From sequence record SRR31156797_3786: 50,805 nt of DNA, one strand, 5' to 3'. Position 1 is the first letter of the stretch. Each line of letters opens with the position of its first letter. Position numbers and translations under genes: made by a program. Below the pieces are notes generated by a model that had not been told where the DNA came from, did not search any database, and worked only from the letters and a program-made list of their open reading frames with translations. Of the stretch, positions 9,631 to 18,277 are shown one piece after another.

Positions 9631-10581
9631 ATGACTACTCGATCACAGGCCCTGTTTGCATCAGGTAAACTCCAGCAACGTGCCGAGCAGGCACATGAGC
9701 TCCTCAGTTGCTGCACCCTTTGTCCTCGGCAATGTAAAGTCAACCGACTCGAGGGTCAACTGGGCTTATGTCAAACCGGCGAGCATGCCCTTGTCGCAAG
9801 TTATGGTCCTCACTTCGGAGAAGAGCAGCCCCTGGTCGGGAGTAAAGGGTCTGGCACCATTTTTTTTGCCGGGTGCAGTCTCCTCTGCTGCTTTTGTCAA
9901 AACTTTGATATAAGCCATATAACCAAAGACAGCCAGCCAGTGGATGATCAAGGGCTTGCCGCCATCATGATCGAACTGCAGGAACAGGGTTGCCACAATA
10001 TCAACCTGGTCACTCCCTGTCATGTTGTCCCTCAGATTATGGGAGCACTTGTCCATGCATCAGCTAATGGGCTGCATATCCCCATTGTTTACAATTCCAG
10101 CGGGTACGATTCCCTTGAGACTGTGGCACTGCTGGACGGCGTGATTGACATCTATATGCCTGATTTCAAATTTTGGGATTCTGCAACAAGTAGTCGTTGG
10201 GCAAAAGCACCTGATTATCCTCAACGCGCCCGAGAGACAATACAGTCCATGTACCAACAGGTGGGCGACTTGCAGATAAATAAACAGGGGCTTGCAACCA
10301 CTGGGCTAATGGTGCGGCATCTGCTGATGCCGGGTAAAGAGAAGGAAACTGTAGACATACTTGCCTTTATCGCTCAGCACATCTCCCTCAATACCTATGT
10401 CAACATAATGGACCAGTATCACCCCTGCGGCAGCACAGCCCTCTTTCCCGAACTGCAGCACACTATAACCACAAAGCACTACCAGCAGGCCTTGGCTGCG
10501 GCACATTCCCAGGGACTGCACCGCCTGGACCAGCGTGATCTTTCAGACCTCATCAGAAATCTGATATTTCAGCAGAAATAA
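9631..10581 (+). CDS. Radical SAM protein, PflX-like
   Basis: CTLCPRQC, HFGEE, GSGTIFF, CSLLCCFCQN (CxxxCxxC), DIYMPDFK. Confidence 0.9.
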   Translation: MTTRSQALFASGKLQQRAEQAHELLSCCTLCPRQCKVNRLEGQLGLCQTGEHALVASYGPHFGEEQPLVGSKGSGTIFFAGCSLLCCFCQNFDISHITKDSQPVDDQGLAAIMIELQEQGCHNINLVTPCHVVPQIMGALVHASANGLHIPIVYNSSGYDSLETVALLDGVIDIYMPDFKFWDSATSSRWAKAPDYPQRARETIQSMYQQVGDLQINKQGLATTGLMVRHLLMPGKEKETVDILAFIAQHISLNTYVNIMDQYHPCGSTALFPELQHTITTKHYQQALAAAHSQGLHRLDQRDLSDLIRNLIFQQK

Positions 10582-10603
10582 GTATTTCCACATCAACCTT
10601 GTG

Positions 10604-10632
10604 TTGACAGCTGTCCCCCCATCTCGTATCAT
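10604..10632 (+). promoter_or_regulatory. Sigma70-type promoter of the leader/aminotransferase unit
   Basis: TTGACA-17 nt-TATCAT. Confidence 0.75.
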
Positions 10633-10682
10633 AATCTCTTTTAATTACGAGTTAATATTTTTACGGATTATAGATTATAAAA

Positions 10683-10757
10683 ATGCTCCCTAAATATTAC
10701 GCTGGGGCGGCGGCAGCCATGAACACGGTTCACTGGCATCCGACGGCTCCCTGGTAA
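10683..10757 (+). CDS. Putative attenuator leader peptide MLPKYYAGAAAAMNTVHWHPTAPW
   Basis: 24-codon ORF between the promoter and the terminator, with 5 Ala codons within 6 positions (10701-10718). No clear Shine-Dalgarno. Confidence 0.65.
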   Translation: MLPKYYAGAAAAMNTVHWHPTAPW

Positions 10758-10814
10758 CACCCACACAGCAGTCAAACGCCATTTGGACCATCTCTCCGGT
10801 CCATGGCGTCTTTC

Positions 10815-10847
10815 AAGCCTGGACCGAAACGGTTCAGGTTTTTTTTT
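10815..10847 (+). terminator. Intrinsic terminator in the 5' leader (attenuator)
   Basis: AAGCCTGGACCG-AAA-CGGTTCAGGTTT followed by a T run, about 75 nt upstream of the aminotransferase start. Confidence 0.85.
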
Positions 10848-10922
10848 GTTTTCATGAGCCTGACCCGAAGGATGCCTGAATGGCAGGATATCATCTACAA
10901 TCGTCTGGAAGGAGAATACACA

Positions 10923-12164
10923 ATGAGTGAAGAACGAAATTTCAAATTTGCTGATCGCATGGATCACCTGCCGCCCTATCTCTTTGGCATGATAAACAAA
11001 ATAAAGATGGAAAAACGATGGAAGGGTGAAGACGTCATCGATCTTGGCATGGGCAATCCAGTAGACCCCGCTCCCCAGCAAGTGACGGAAAAGCTCTGTA
11101 ATGTTGCCATGGATCCGAAAACCCACCGCTATCCTGCAGCTGGCGGGATGAAGAATCTCAAACGTGAAATCGCTTTGTATTACAAGCGAAATTATGATGT
11201 GGATCTCAATGGCGTGGATGATGTTATATGTACCATAGGCTCCAAAGAAGGTATCTCCCATCTCTGTCTTGCCCTGCTGGGACCTGGCGACACTGTACTG
11301 GTTCCGGCACCAGCCTTTCCCATCCATGTTTATGCCGCTGTTATTGCCGGTGCCAATGTACTCAGGATATCCTTAAACTCTGAAGAAGAGTCCCTGCAAC
11401 AGATCAGCACCATGTGTAAATCACTCTACCCCGGCCCCAAACTGGTGATGCTGAACTATCCGCATAACCCGACAGGCATCCTCGCCACCAAGGATTTTTT
11501 CAAAGAAATTGTTGTCCTTGCCAAAAAACACAATTTCATGGTTATCAATGATTTTGCCTACTCACGGATAACTTATGATGGCTACGTAGCACCGAGTTTT
11601 CTTGAGGTACCAGGAGCCCTTGATGTTGGGGTGGAATTCGGCTCCTTTTCCAAATCCTATAACATGGCCGGATGGCGGTTAGGATATTGCGTGGGCAACA
11701 AGGAGATGATAGACGGACTATCTAAGATAAAAGGTTATTATGACTATGGTATTTTTTCTGCCATCCAGATAGCAGGTATCGTGGCCATGCGAGACTGTGA
11801 TGATACCATCCAGGAACAAGCTACCCTTTACCAGAGCCGCAGGGACGTCATGTGTGAAGTCCTTATGCGGATGGGCTGGGATGTGGATATTCCCAAGGCA
11901 GGTATGTTTCTCTGGGTAAAAATCCCAGAGCCTTACGCGCAACTGGGCTCTATCCGCTTTGCTGTTGAAATGATGAACAGAGCAAATGTTGCAGTCGCCC
12001 CAGGAGCTGGTTTTGGTGAGGAAGGGGATGGTTATCTCCGCCTTGCATTGGTTGAAAATGAAAATCGTATCAGACAGGCACTCAAACAAATGAAGCGGGC
12101 ATTGACTGAAATTGACAAAGAAGTAGAAGCCGGTACTTTTCAGCTAGAGCAGGGCACAGAGTAG
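10923..12164 (+). CDS. Class I/II PLP aminotransferase, AlaC-like (glutamate-pyruvate transaminase; LL-DAP aminotransferase-related)
   Basis: RMDHLPPYLF, DLGMGNP, TIGSKEG, NYPHNPTG, DFAY, SFSKSYNMAGWRLG, PGAGFGEEGDGYLRLALVENENRIRQA. ATG at 10923 with AAGGAG RBS; the ORF-track start at 10803 runs through the terminator. Confidence 0.88.
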   Translation: MSEERNFKFADRMDHLPPYLFGMINKIKMEKRWKGEDVIDLGMGNPVDPAPQQVTEKLCNVAMDPKTHRYPAAGGMKNLKREIALYYKRNYDVDLNGVDDVICTIGSKEGISHLCLALLGPGDTVLVPAPAFPIHVYAAVIAGANVLRISLNSEEESLQQISTMCKSLYPGPKLVMLNYPHNPTGILATKDFFKEIVVLAKKHNFMVINDFAYSRITYDGYVAPSFLEVPGALDVGVEFGSFSKSYNMAGWRLGYCVGNKEMIDGLSKIKGYYDYGIFSAIQIAGIVAMRDCDDTIQEQATLYQSRRDVMCEVLMRMGWDVDIPKAGMFLWVKIPEPYAQLGSIRFAVEMMNRANVAVAPGAGFGEEGDGYLRLALVENENRIRQALKQMKRALTEIDKEVEAGTFQLEQGTE

Positions 12165-12205
12165 TATACTCCAGGTTTACGGCTACTTGAGGGGGGTAAC
12201 CGGCT

Positions 12206-13942
12206 ATGTGGAAAAACCAAGCTCTTTTCTTTGACGATGCTACCAGGAAATGGCTTCGTTTTTCCTCACCCCGGGAGGTGCTCGCAGCCCGCACAGTTGA
12301 TGAGGTTCTCCCCCTACTGGCAACCCTTGAGCAGCGGGTCGAAAAAGAAGGGTATGCTGCAGCAGGATGGATCAGTTACGAGGCTTCGCCAGCTTTTGAC
12401 GATGCATTGGTTGTCAACATCGACACCTCTGGTTTCCCACTCCTTTGGTTCGGCATTTATGATGGAGCTGTCCATGAACAGCAACCAAAGGAACGAAGTC
12501 TCCCTATCCTGTCTTGGGAACCGACAGTCAGCGATGATGAATATAAGCGCGCCATTGCGTACATTAAACAGCTGATAGCCAATGGCGACACGTATCAGGT
12601 AAATTATACCTTTCGCCAACACGCAAAACTCGATGCAGCTAATGCACAGAGCCTGCTTTCCATGCTCAACCAGCAACCACCCTACTTTGGTGGTTGTATT
12701 TCCACCCCTGAATGGTTTATCACCAGCGGCTCACCTGAACTTTTTTTCAGCCTGGACAGACAGCATATTGTCTCCCGCCCGATGAAGGGCACTGCTCCCC
12801 GGGGGGTTAACGGTGAAGCAGATGCACAGTTGGCGCAGCAGCTATATACTTCCGTAAAAAACCGGGCGGAAAATGTCATGATCACAGACATGGTGCGAAA
12901 TGACCTTAGCCGTATAGCTGCTAAAGGGTCAACCAGAGTTCCTGAAATGTTTGCCATCGAACAGTATCCAACCCTGTTTCAGATGACCACCACAGTAGAG
13001 GCAGAAACCCAGGCATCCTTTAAGGATATCTTGAAGGGATTATTTCCTCCGGCATCTATTACCGGAGCGCCCAAGGCCCGCACCATGGAAATAATCGCCC
13101 AACTAGAGACCACTCCCAGGCGAATCTATACGGGAACCATGGGTTTCCTCCTTCCAGGCAGGCGGGCACAGTTTAATGTCGCTATCCGAACCCTGCTCTA
13201 CAATCGACAACTGCAACAACTGGAATATGGGGTCGGCAGCGGGATTGTATGGGACTCTGACCCAGAGGAAGAGTTGCAGGAGTGCAGGACCAAAACCAGG
13301 ATATGTGATCCTCAACCTGCATCCTTTGAGCTGTTGGAAACCATGTATTGGAGCCAAAAAAAGCAATATACCCTCCTTGATGAACATTGCCGTCGTCTTA
13401 CCGCATCGGCACACTATTTTTGCTACCCTTTTGACAAACAAAAATTTGTACAAGGATTAACAGACTTGGCTGCAACATTGACAGACAGCCGTCGCAAAAT
13501 CCGTGTCACCCTGCAAAAAGACGGTAACGTGCAATACAAACACGAACCTCTCCCCCCTCCCAAAAAAGATCACGTTGTGACAGTTGCCTTGGCCCTGGAA
13601 CCAGTCGACAAAACTGACCGATTCCTTTACCACAAAACCACTAATAGAACTGTCTATGAACAGGCACGGGCAGCATGTCCCCAAGCGGATGATGTTCTGC
13701 TGTACAACCAGCAGGAGGAGCTTACCGAATCGACCATAGCCAATATCATCATGGAAATAGACGGTACCCTCTACACCCCACCCGTATTTTGCGGCCTCCT
13801 TCCCGGCACCGCCCGTGCTCGACTATTGGCAACAGGGCAAATCACTGAAAAGATCTTGCCCGTTTCACTGCTTGCAAAAGGATATCCGTTGTATCTGGTC
13901 AATTCTGTTCGTGGCAGATATCAGGCCATCATGATACAATAA
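12206..13942 (+). CDS. pabB: Aminodeoxychorismate synthase component I fused to an ADC-lyase/class IV aminotransferase domain
   Basis: GDTYQVNYT, SPELFF, RPMKGT, KNRAENVMITDMVRND, SITGAPK; C-terminal LLETM...HKTT...ESTIAN...GLLPGT. Confidence 0.9.
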   Translation: MWKNQALFFDDATRKWLRFSSPREVLAARTVDEVLPLLATLEQRVEKEGYAAAGWISYEASPAFDDALVVNIDTSGFPLLWFGIYDGAVHEQQPKERSLPILSWEPTVSDDEYKRAIAYIKQLIANGDTYQVNYTFRQHAKLDAANAQSLLSMLNQQPPYFGGCISTPEWFITSGSPELFFSLDRQHIVSRPMKGTAPRGVNGEADAQLAQQLYTSVKNRAENVMITDMVRNDLSRIAAKGSTRVPEMFAIEQYPTLFQMTTTVEAETQASFKDILKGLFPPASITGAPKARTMEIIAQLETTPRRIYTGTMGFLLPGRRAQFNVAIRTLLYNRQLQQLEYGVGSGIVWDSDPEEELQECRTKTRICDPQPASFELLETMYWSQKKQYTLLDEHCRRLTASAHYFCYPFDKQKFVQGLTDLAATLTDSRRKIRVTLQKDGNVQYKHEPLPPPKKDHVVTVALALEPVDKTDRFLYHKTTNRTVYEQARAACPQADDVLLYNQQEELTESTIANIIMEIDGTLYTPPVFCGLLPGTARARLLATGQITEKILPVSLLAKGYPLYLVNSVRGRYQAIMIQ

Positions 13943-14022
13943 ACCCACTGCCCAAAACCTCCTTCAGCCCCCTTTCACTGCAGGGAGCTGATCAATATCA
14001 CCTTAGGAAAGGAGTCAATTTT

Positions 14023-14967
14023 ATGAACGGCGTATTTCTAGACAGCGAAAGCCTGGCTGACCTTGACCTCACCTCGTTACAAACGCTTTTTGATAATGTA
14101 GAGATATACGAGCAGACACCCCCGCAGCAGACAGAAGAACGTATCGGCAATGCGGAAGTGGTGATTGTCAATAAGGTGAAGCTTTCTCGCAGCATTATAG
14201 AGTCTGCACCTCATCTTAAACTCATCTGTCTGGTTGCTACCGGTACAGACAATGTGGACTGTCTGGCCGCCAGGGAAAACAATATTACGGTTTGCAACTG
14301 CCAGGCATATGGCATAGACTCCGTTGTCCAGCATGTTTTTGCCATGATCCTCGCCCTGCACACTAACCTCATACCCTATACCCAGGCCGTGAACAAAGGT
14401 AAGTGGCAGCAGGCCAGCCAGTTCTGTCTCCTTAATTATCCCATCGTAGAACTCAAAGGCAGAACCCTGGGTATCATGGGATACGGTACTCTTGGCAAGG
14501 GGGTTGCCCGAATTGCCGAAGCATTTGGTATGCACATCCTGCTTGGTCAGCGTCCGGGTACCAGCCAGGAGGGAAGAATTCCACTCCCGGAACTGCTCCC
14601 CCAGGTGGACGTGCTGACCCTCCACTGTCCCCTTACCGACCAGACCCGCAATCTGATCGATAAAGCTGCCCTCAAACTAATGAAACCAACCAGTTTTCTT
14701 ATCAATGCTGCCCGTGGAGGCATTGTCGAGGAAACAGCCCTAGCAGCGGCCCTGCGTGCTGGTACCATAGCTGGTGCAGCAACAGACGTCCTTACCCAAG
14801 AGCCGCCAGACTCTACCAACCCGTTGCTGGCTGCCGATATTCCCAACCTGATTATCACCCCTCACTGTGCCTGGGGGAGTTATCAGGCCAGAGAAAGGAT
14901 TGTCTCCCAGACTGTTGAAAATATAACTGCCTTTTTTACTGGAACTCCTACACGAGTCGTCAACTGA
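14023..14967 (+). CDS. D-2-hydroxyacid dehydrogenase (glycerate dehydrogenase/hydroxypyruvate reductase-like)
   Basis: ATGTDNVD, GIMGYGTLG, LHCPLT, INAARGGIV, ITPHCAW. Confidence 0.92.
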   Translation: MNGVFLDSESLADLDLTSLQTLFDNVEIYEQTPPQQTEERIGNAEVVIVNKVKLSRSIIESAPHLKLICLVATGTDNVDCLAARENNITVCNCQAYGIDSVVQHVFAMILALHTNLIPYTQAVNKGKWQQASQFCLLNYPIVELKGRTLGIMGYGTLGKGVARIAEAFGMHILLGQRPGTSQEGRIPLPELLPQVDVLTLHCPLTDQTRNLIDKAALKLMKPTSFLINAARGGIVEETALAAALRAGTIAGAATDVLTQEPPDSTNPLLAADIPNLIITPHCAWGSYQARERIVSQTVENITAFFTGTPTRVVN

Positions 14968-15010
14968 ACCCACCAGAAGAGAGACTGAAAAAAACTGTAT
15001 TACAAACACT

Positions 15011-15361
15011 ATGAAATCAACCTATCCCACTCAAACTTTTACAAACCTGCAGGAATTGGCACTCTATCTCCGCCAGTTTGCACAGGAGAGGGACTGGGAG
15101 CAATTCCACTCTCCTAAAAATCTTGCTGCTGCACTGAGTGTAGAAGCGGCAGAGCTGCTTGAGCACTTTCAATGGAAAACAGAAGAACAGAGTGATAATC
15201 TCACCGGGGTGGAACAGCAGGAAGTTGCTTATGAAATGGCAGATATCCTTATGTATCTTACCAGAATGGCTGACTGCATGGGGATTGACCTGCTTGAGGC
15301 TGCTGCCGGAAAAGTTGCACTTAATCAGATTAAATATCCAGCTCCAGGCAACGAAAGCTAA
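15011..15361 (+). CDS. MazG-like nucleotide pyrophosphohydrolase
   Basis: ERDWEQFHSPKNLA, EAAELLEHFQW, EMADI. Confidence 0.9.
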   Translation: MKSTYPTQTFTNLQELALYLRQFAQERDWEQFHSPKNLAAALSVEAAELLEHFQWKTEEQSDNLTGVEQQEVAYEMADILMYLTRMADCMGIDLLEAAAGKVALNQIKYPAPGNES

Positions 15362-16449
15362 TGGTGCCCCCTGAAAAAATACTCACCTTTTTTCTGCCAA
15401 ACCAGCAGCTGACCAAGCTCCAGCCGCTTGGTCAGGGCAAAATCAATGACACTTGGCTGGTCACTCTCAACTCAGGAGAGCGGTTGGTCTTGCAACGCTT
15501 ACCAGCTGCTGTGTTTCCATATCCCCAATGCGTCATGAACAATATACGGCTGATTACCAGCCACCTCCACGCATGGTCACAGCAGACAGAGCTTCACGTA
15601 CCCTTTCTTTCGCTGTACACCAACCCCGACGGCAAAGATCTCTTTATTGATCGCGGCAATAATGGATGGCGCCTGCTCACCTATATCGATTGTTCACGTA
15701 CGGTTGAGGAACTTGATTCTCCGCAGCAGGCCTATGAAATTGGCCGAATGCTTGGCCTGTTTCACACCATCCTGGCTGATGTGGATCTGGGGCAGCTGCG
15801 GGATCCGTTACCTGGGTTTCATGACACTCTAGCCTACCTTAAAAAATATGATCAACTCAGCTACCGATCTGCTGCTACTCACCAGAAAGAAGCTGCCTGC
15901 ATTCAATTTATTGAACAAATGCGCGGTATAGCCGCAACCTTTACGGCAAGGATGGGTGCCCTCACCCACCTGGTGACCCACGGTGATCCCAAGGCGTCCA
16001 ACTTTCTCTTTGCTGAAAACAAAGATAGCGTCATCAGTATTATTGACCTGGATACGGTTCAGGCTGGCCTTCTCCTCCACGATATGGGAGATTGTCTGCG
16101 TTCCTGCTGTAACCGACAGGGAGAGGAGCATGATAATCCTGCGGAAATAATTTTCTCGGCTGATTTTTTTGCAGCTATACTTAGAGGGTATGGTTCGGCG
16201 GCGGCATCACTACTCAGTGATGCAGACCTCCAGTTGCTTCCGGATGCTGCCGGCCTGATCAGCTTTGAGCTTGGTGTTCGTTTCTATACCGACCACCTCG
16301 GCGGGGATACATATTTTAAAACATCAAGAAAGGGGCAAAATTTGGATCGAGCACTGAATCAATTCCATTTGGCAGAATCAATTGCCAGGCAGCAGGAACT
16401 GTTGCATAAAATTGTTGCTGAAACTTTTAGAACCTACCCAATGGAGTAA
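15361..16449 (+). CDS. Aminoglycoside phosphotransferase-family kinase (N-acetylhexosamine kinase-like)
   Basis: LGQGKINDT, HGDPKASNFLF, IIDLDT, ELGVRFYTDHL. Confidence 0.85.
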   Translation: MVPPEKILTFFLPNQQLTKLQPLGQGKINDTWLVTLNSGERLVLQRLPAAVFPYPQCVMNNIRLITSHLHAWSQQTELHVPFLSLYTNPDGKDLFIDRGNNGWRLLTYIDCSRTVEELDSPQQAYEIGRMLGLFHTILADVDLGQLRDPLPGFHDTLAYLKKYDQLSYRSAATHQKEAACIQFIEQMRGIAATFTARMGALTHLVTHGDPKASNFLFAENKDSVISIIDLDTVQAGLLLHDMGDCLRSCCNRQGEEHDNPAEIIFSADFFAAILRGYGSAAASLLSDADLQLLPDAAGLISFELGVRFYTDHLGGDTYFKTSRKGQNLDRALNQFHLAESIARQQELLHKIVAETFRTYPME

Positions 16450-16507
16450 CGTTGAATGAGTGTAAGGGGATATTATTCAGTGATGGTGACGCAGTTCTTA
16501 TTTATAC

Positions 16508-16543
16508 CCTTCCTGCCATAGGCCTATGACAGGAAGGAAAAAA
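16508..16543 (-). terminator. Intrinsic terminator between convergent genes
   Basis: CCTTCCTGCCATAGG/CCTATGACAGGAAGG inverted repeat between the convergent kinase and small-ORF stop codons; adjacent A/T tracts are imperfect, so the strand is uncertain. Confidence 0.6.
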
Positions 16544-16546
16544 CTT

Positions 16547-16738
16547 TTACTTGCACTTATTTTTAGAGGAATGGCAACAGGTCCCTTTTAATCCCCGTAC
16601 ATCGCTTTGGTGTTTAGCAATGGAAACAATGGTCTTCAAACGCCTTTCCATCTTGCCCGATACATCTTTCTTCAACATTTTTTCTGCTTCTTCAACTATT
16701 GCCTTAAAAGCCTTGTCTATTTTATCGCTGGGTAACAT
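16547..16738 (-). CDS. Small basic hypothetical protein with a Cys/His tail
   Basis: 63 aa, helical, ends GTCCHSSKNKCK; AAGGG upstream of the ATG. Confidence 0.6.
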   Translation of the reverse strand: MLPSDKIDKAFKAIVEEAEKMLKKDVSGKMERRLKTIVSIAKHQSDVRGLKGTCCHSSKNKCK

Positions 16739-16827
16739 ATTTTTTCCCTTGGGTTATTGTTAAAAAAAAGGAGCCTTCAAAATACACCCCTACTCGTTTG
16801 ATCTTCTTATGAAAATAGGAACCTCTC

Positions 16828-16874
16828 AAAAAAAATCAAGGTGCCTTCCCCCATATTTTGGGAAGACACCTTTT
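16828..16874 (-). terminator. Intrinsic terminator downstream of cbiK
   Basis: AAGGTGCCTTCCC/GGGAAGACACCTT hairpin with an A8 tract at 16828-16835 (U tract on the minus strand). Confidence 0.7.
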
Positions 16875-16919
16875 CCAATCGAGCAGCTGTAACCCAGTCA
16901 CAACCAGGCATACTCTCTC

Positions 16920-17912
16920 CTATTTGAGCATGATCCCTCTTTCTTTTGCAGCATCGGCAATATGATCCACAAAGAGCTGGGCAAACTTATCATTGGACCC
17001 AAGTCCCTCCAAAACAGTCTCAACTTTGTAGCCATCGGCACTCAAAATAGATTTCCAAGAATCGCCTTCCTCACCGGCCATATCGTTGGTAGCATGGTCA
17101 CCAGCAACAATCATGAACGGCTTCAAGATAACTTTCTTGGTTTCAGCATACTTCAAGTGGCTTTGGAAATCATCCAGGCTTGGATGTCCTTCGACTACAC
17201 CGACAAAAGTTGCAACGTCTGGATAGGCTTTACGCATTTTCTGCTGCACTTCGCTGTATATTCCTGTGGACCAGTGCTCATTGCCATGGCCCATGTAGAC
17301 AAGCATTGCCCCTTCTTTTTTGGCCATTTCCGCATCAGCTGCAAGGGTTGCAACAGCTGCATCGACATCTGCATGATACTCGTAACGGTCTCCAGGCATG
17401 CCAAGGGCAGGACGTCCCATCACAATATTGTTAAATGGGCGCCATTTATTTTTCATAGTCCGGATGGAAGCTATACCATTAACGTACTGCATCAGGTCAT
17501 GAGACTGCTCCATAAAGAACATATGGGTGGGCTGAACAATGATATTTTTGTACCCTTCTTCACGTAGGTCGCCAAAGGTAGCAATGACATTTTCGACATA
17601 CAGCACTTCTTTGGGAATCCCCTGGTCAAGCCATTTTTGCGCTTCTGCCTGACGCTCTTTCCATACGGAACGGATAATATTGGAGGTAAAGGTAATGCGT
17701 ACTTCTGTACCAGGATACGCAGCTTTGACCTGGTCCACAATATTGGTAATGGATTGAACCGCACTTGGAACAGTGGTCCCAAAACTGGCCACAATGATCG
17801 CGTTCTTACTTTCCTTTGGCTGGCTCATTCCACCTGAGGCAAATGCTGCTGTAACACACAGTGACAGTGCGAAAACAGCTGTTGTCACTACAATTTGCAT
17901 GTACTTTTTCAT
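16920..17912 (-). CDS. cbiK: Sirohydrochlorin cobaltochelatase CbiK with N-terminal signal peptide (periplasmic type)
   Basis: VASFGTT, FTSNII, VQPTH, YMGHG, PFMIVAGDHATNDMAG, DSWK, LEGLG; hydrophobic leader ending AFA. Confidence 0.9.
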   Translation of the reverse strand: MKKYMQIVVTTAVFALSLCVTAAFASGGMSQPKESKNAIIVASFGTTVPSAVQSITNIVDQVKAAYPGTEVRITFTSNIIRSVWKERQAEAQKWLDQGIPKEVLYVENVIATFGDLREEGYKNIIVQPTHMFFMEQSHDLMQYVNGIASIRTMKNKWRPFNNIVMGRPALGMPGDRYEYHADVDAAVATLAADAEMAKKEGAMLVYMGHGNEHWSTGIYSEVQQKMRKAYPDVATFVGVVEGHPSLDDFQSHLKYAETKKVILKPFMIVAGDHATNDMAGEEGDSWKSILSADGYKVETVLEGLGSNDKFAQLFVDHIADAAKERGIMLK

Positions 17913-17943
17913 CGCTAATGCTCCTTTTCATAGAATCCATTTC

Positions 17944-17984
17944 AAAAAAAAATCCCCGAATCATTGTAAAAATGATTCGGGGAT
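17944..17984 (-). terminator. Riboswitch-associated intrinsic terminator
   Basis: Perfect 14-bp stem ATCCCCGAATCATT/AATGATTCGGGGAT followed by a U tract on the minus strand, between the aptamer and the cbiK start. Confidence 0.88.
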
Positions 17985-18042
17985 GCCCTATAAATCCACG
18001 TATCTCTATCATCTCCCTTGTCCACGGGAAAACGATCTTTTG

Positions 18043-18204
18043 TTCAGGCAGGTTTTCTGACTTTCGACTCTATCTACTCACTGCGCCTTCCCAACATACA
18101 ACATACATATCAGTGGCATTGTGCAGCTTTCGTCCTCGATTACAGCGGCGGGCCCGTCTCCGAATTACACGGAATTCCCTTTTGATCCAATGAAGGAACC
18201 TGAA
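18043..18204 (-). ncRNA. Cobalamin (B12) riboswitch
   Basis: Minus strand: TTCAGGT...AAAAGGGAATTCCGTGTAATTCGGAGACGGGCCCGCCGCTGTAA...GCCACTG...GGGAAGGC...AAGTCAGAAAACCTGCCTGAA (B12 box), upstream of cbiK. Confidence 0.95.
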
Positions 18205-18277
18205 AACAACAAACAACCTACTGAACAGGGAGTCAAAATGTCAATAAAAAACAAAATAATACCCTCTGACCCAAACA

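Noticed and set aside
10803-10922. 40-aa N-terminal extension of the aminotransferase in the ORF track
   Set aside because: It runs through the attenuator hairpins and T tract; the ATG at 10923 has a strong RBS and matches where family homology begins.
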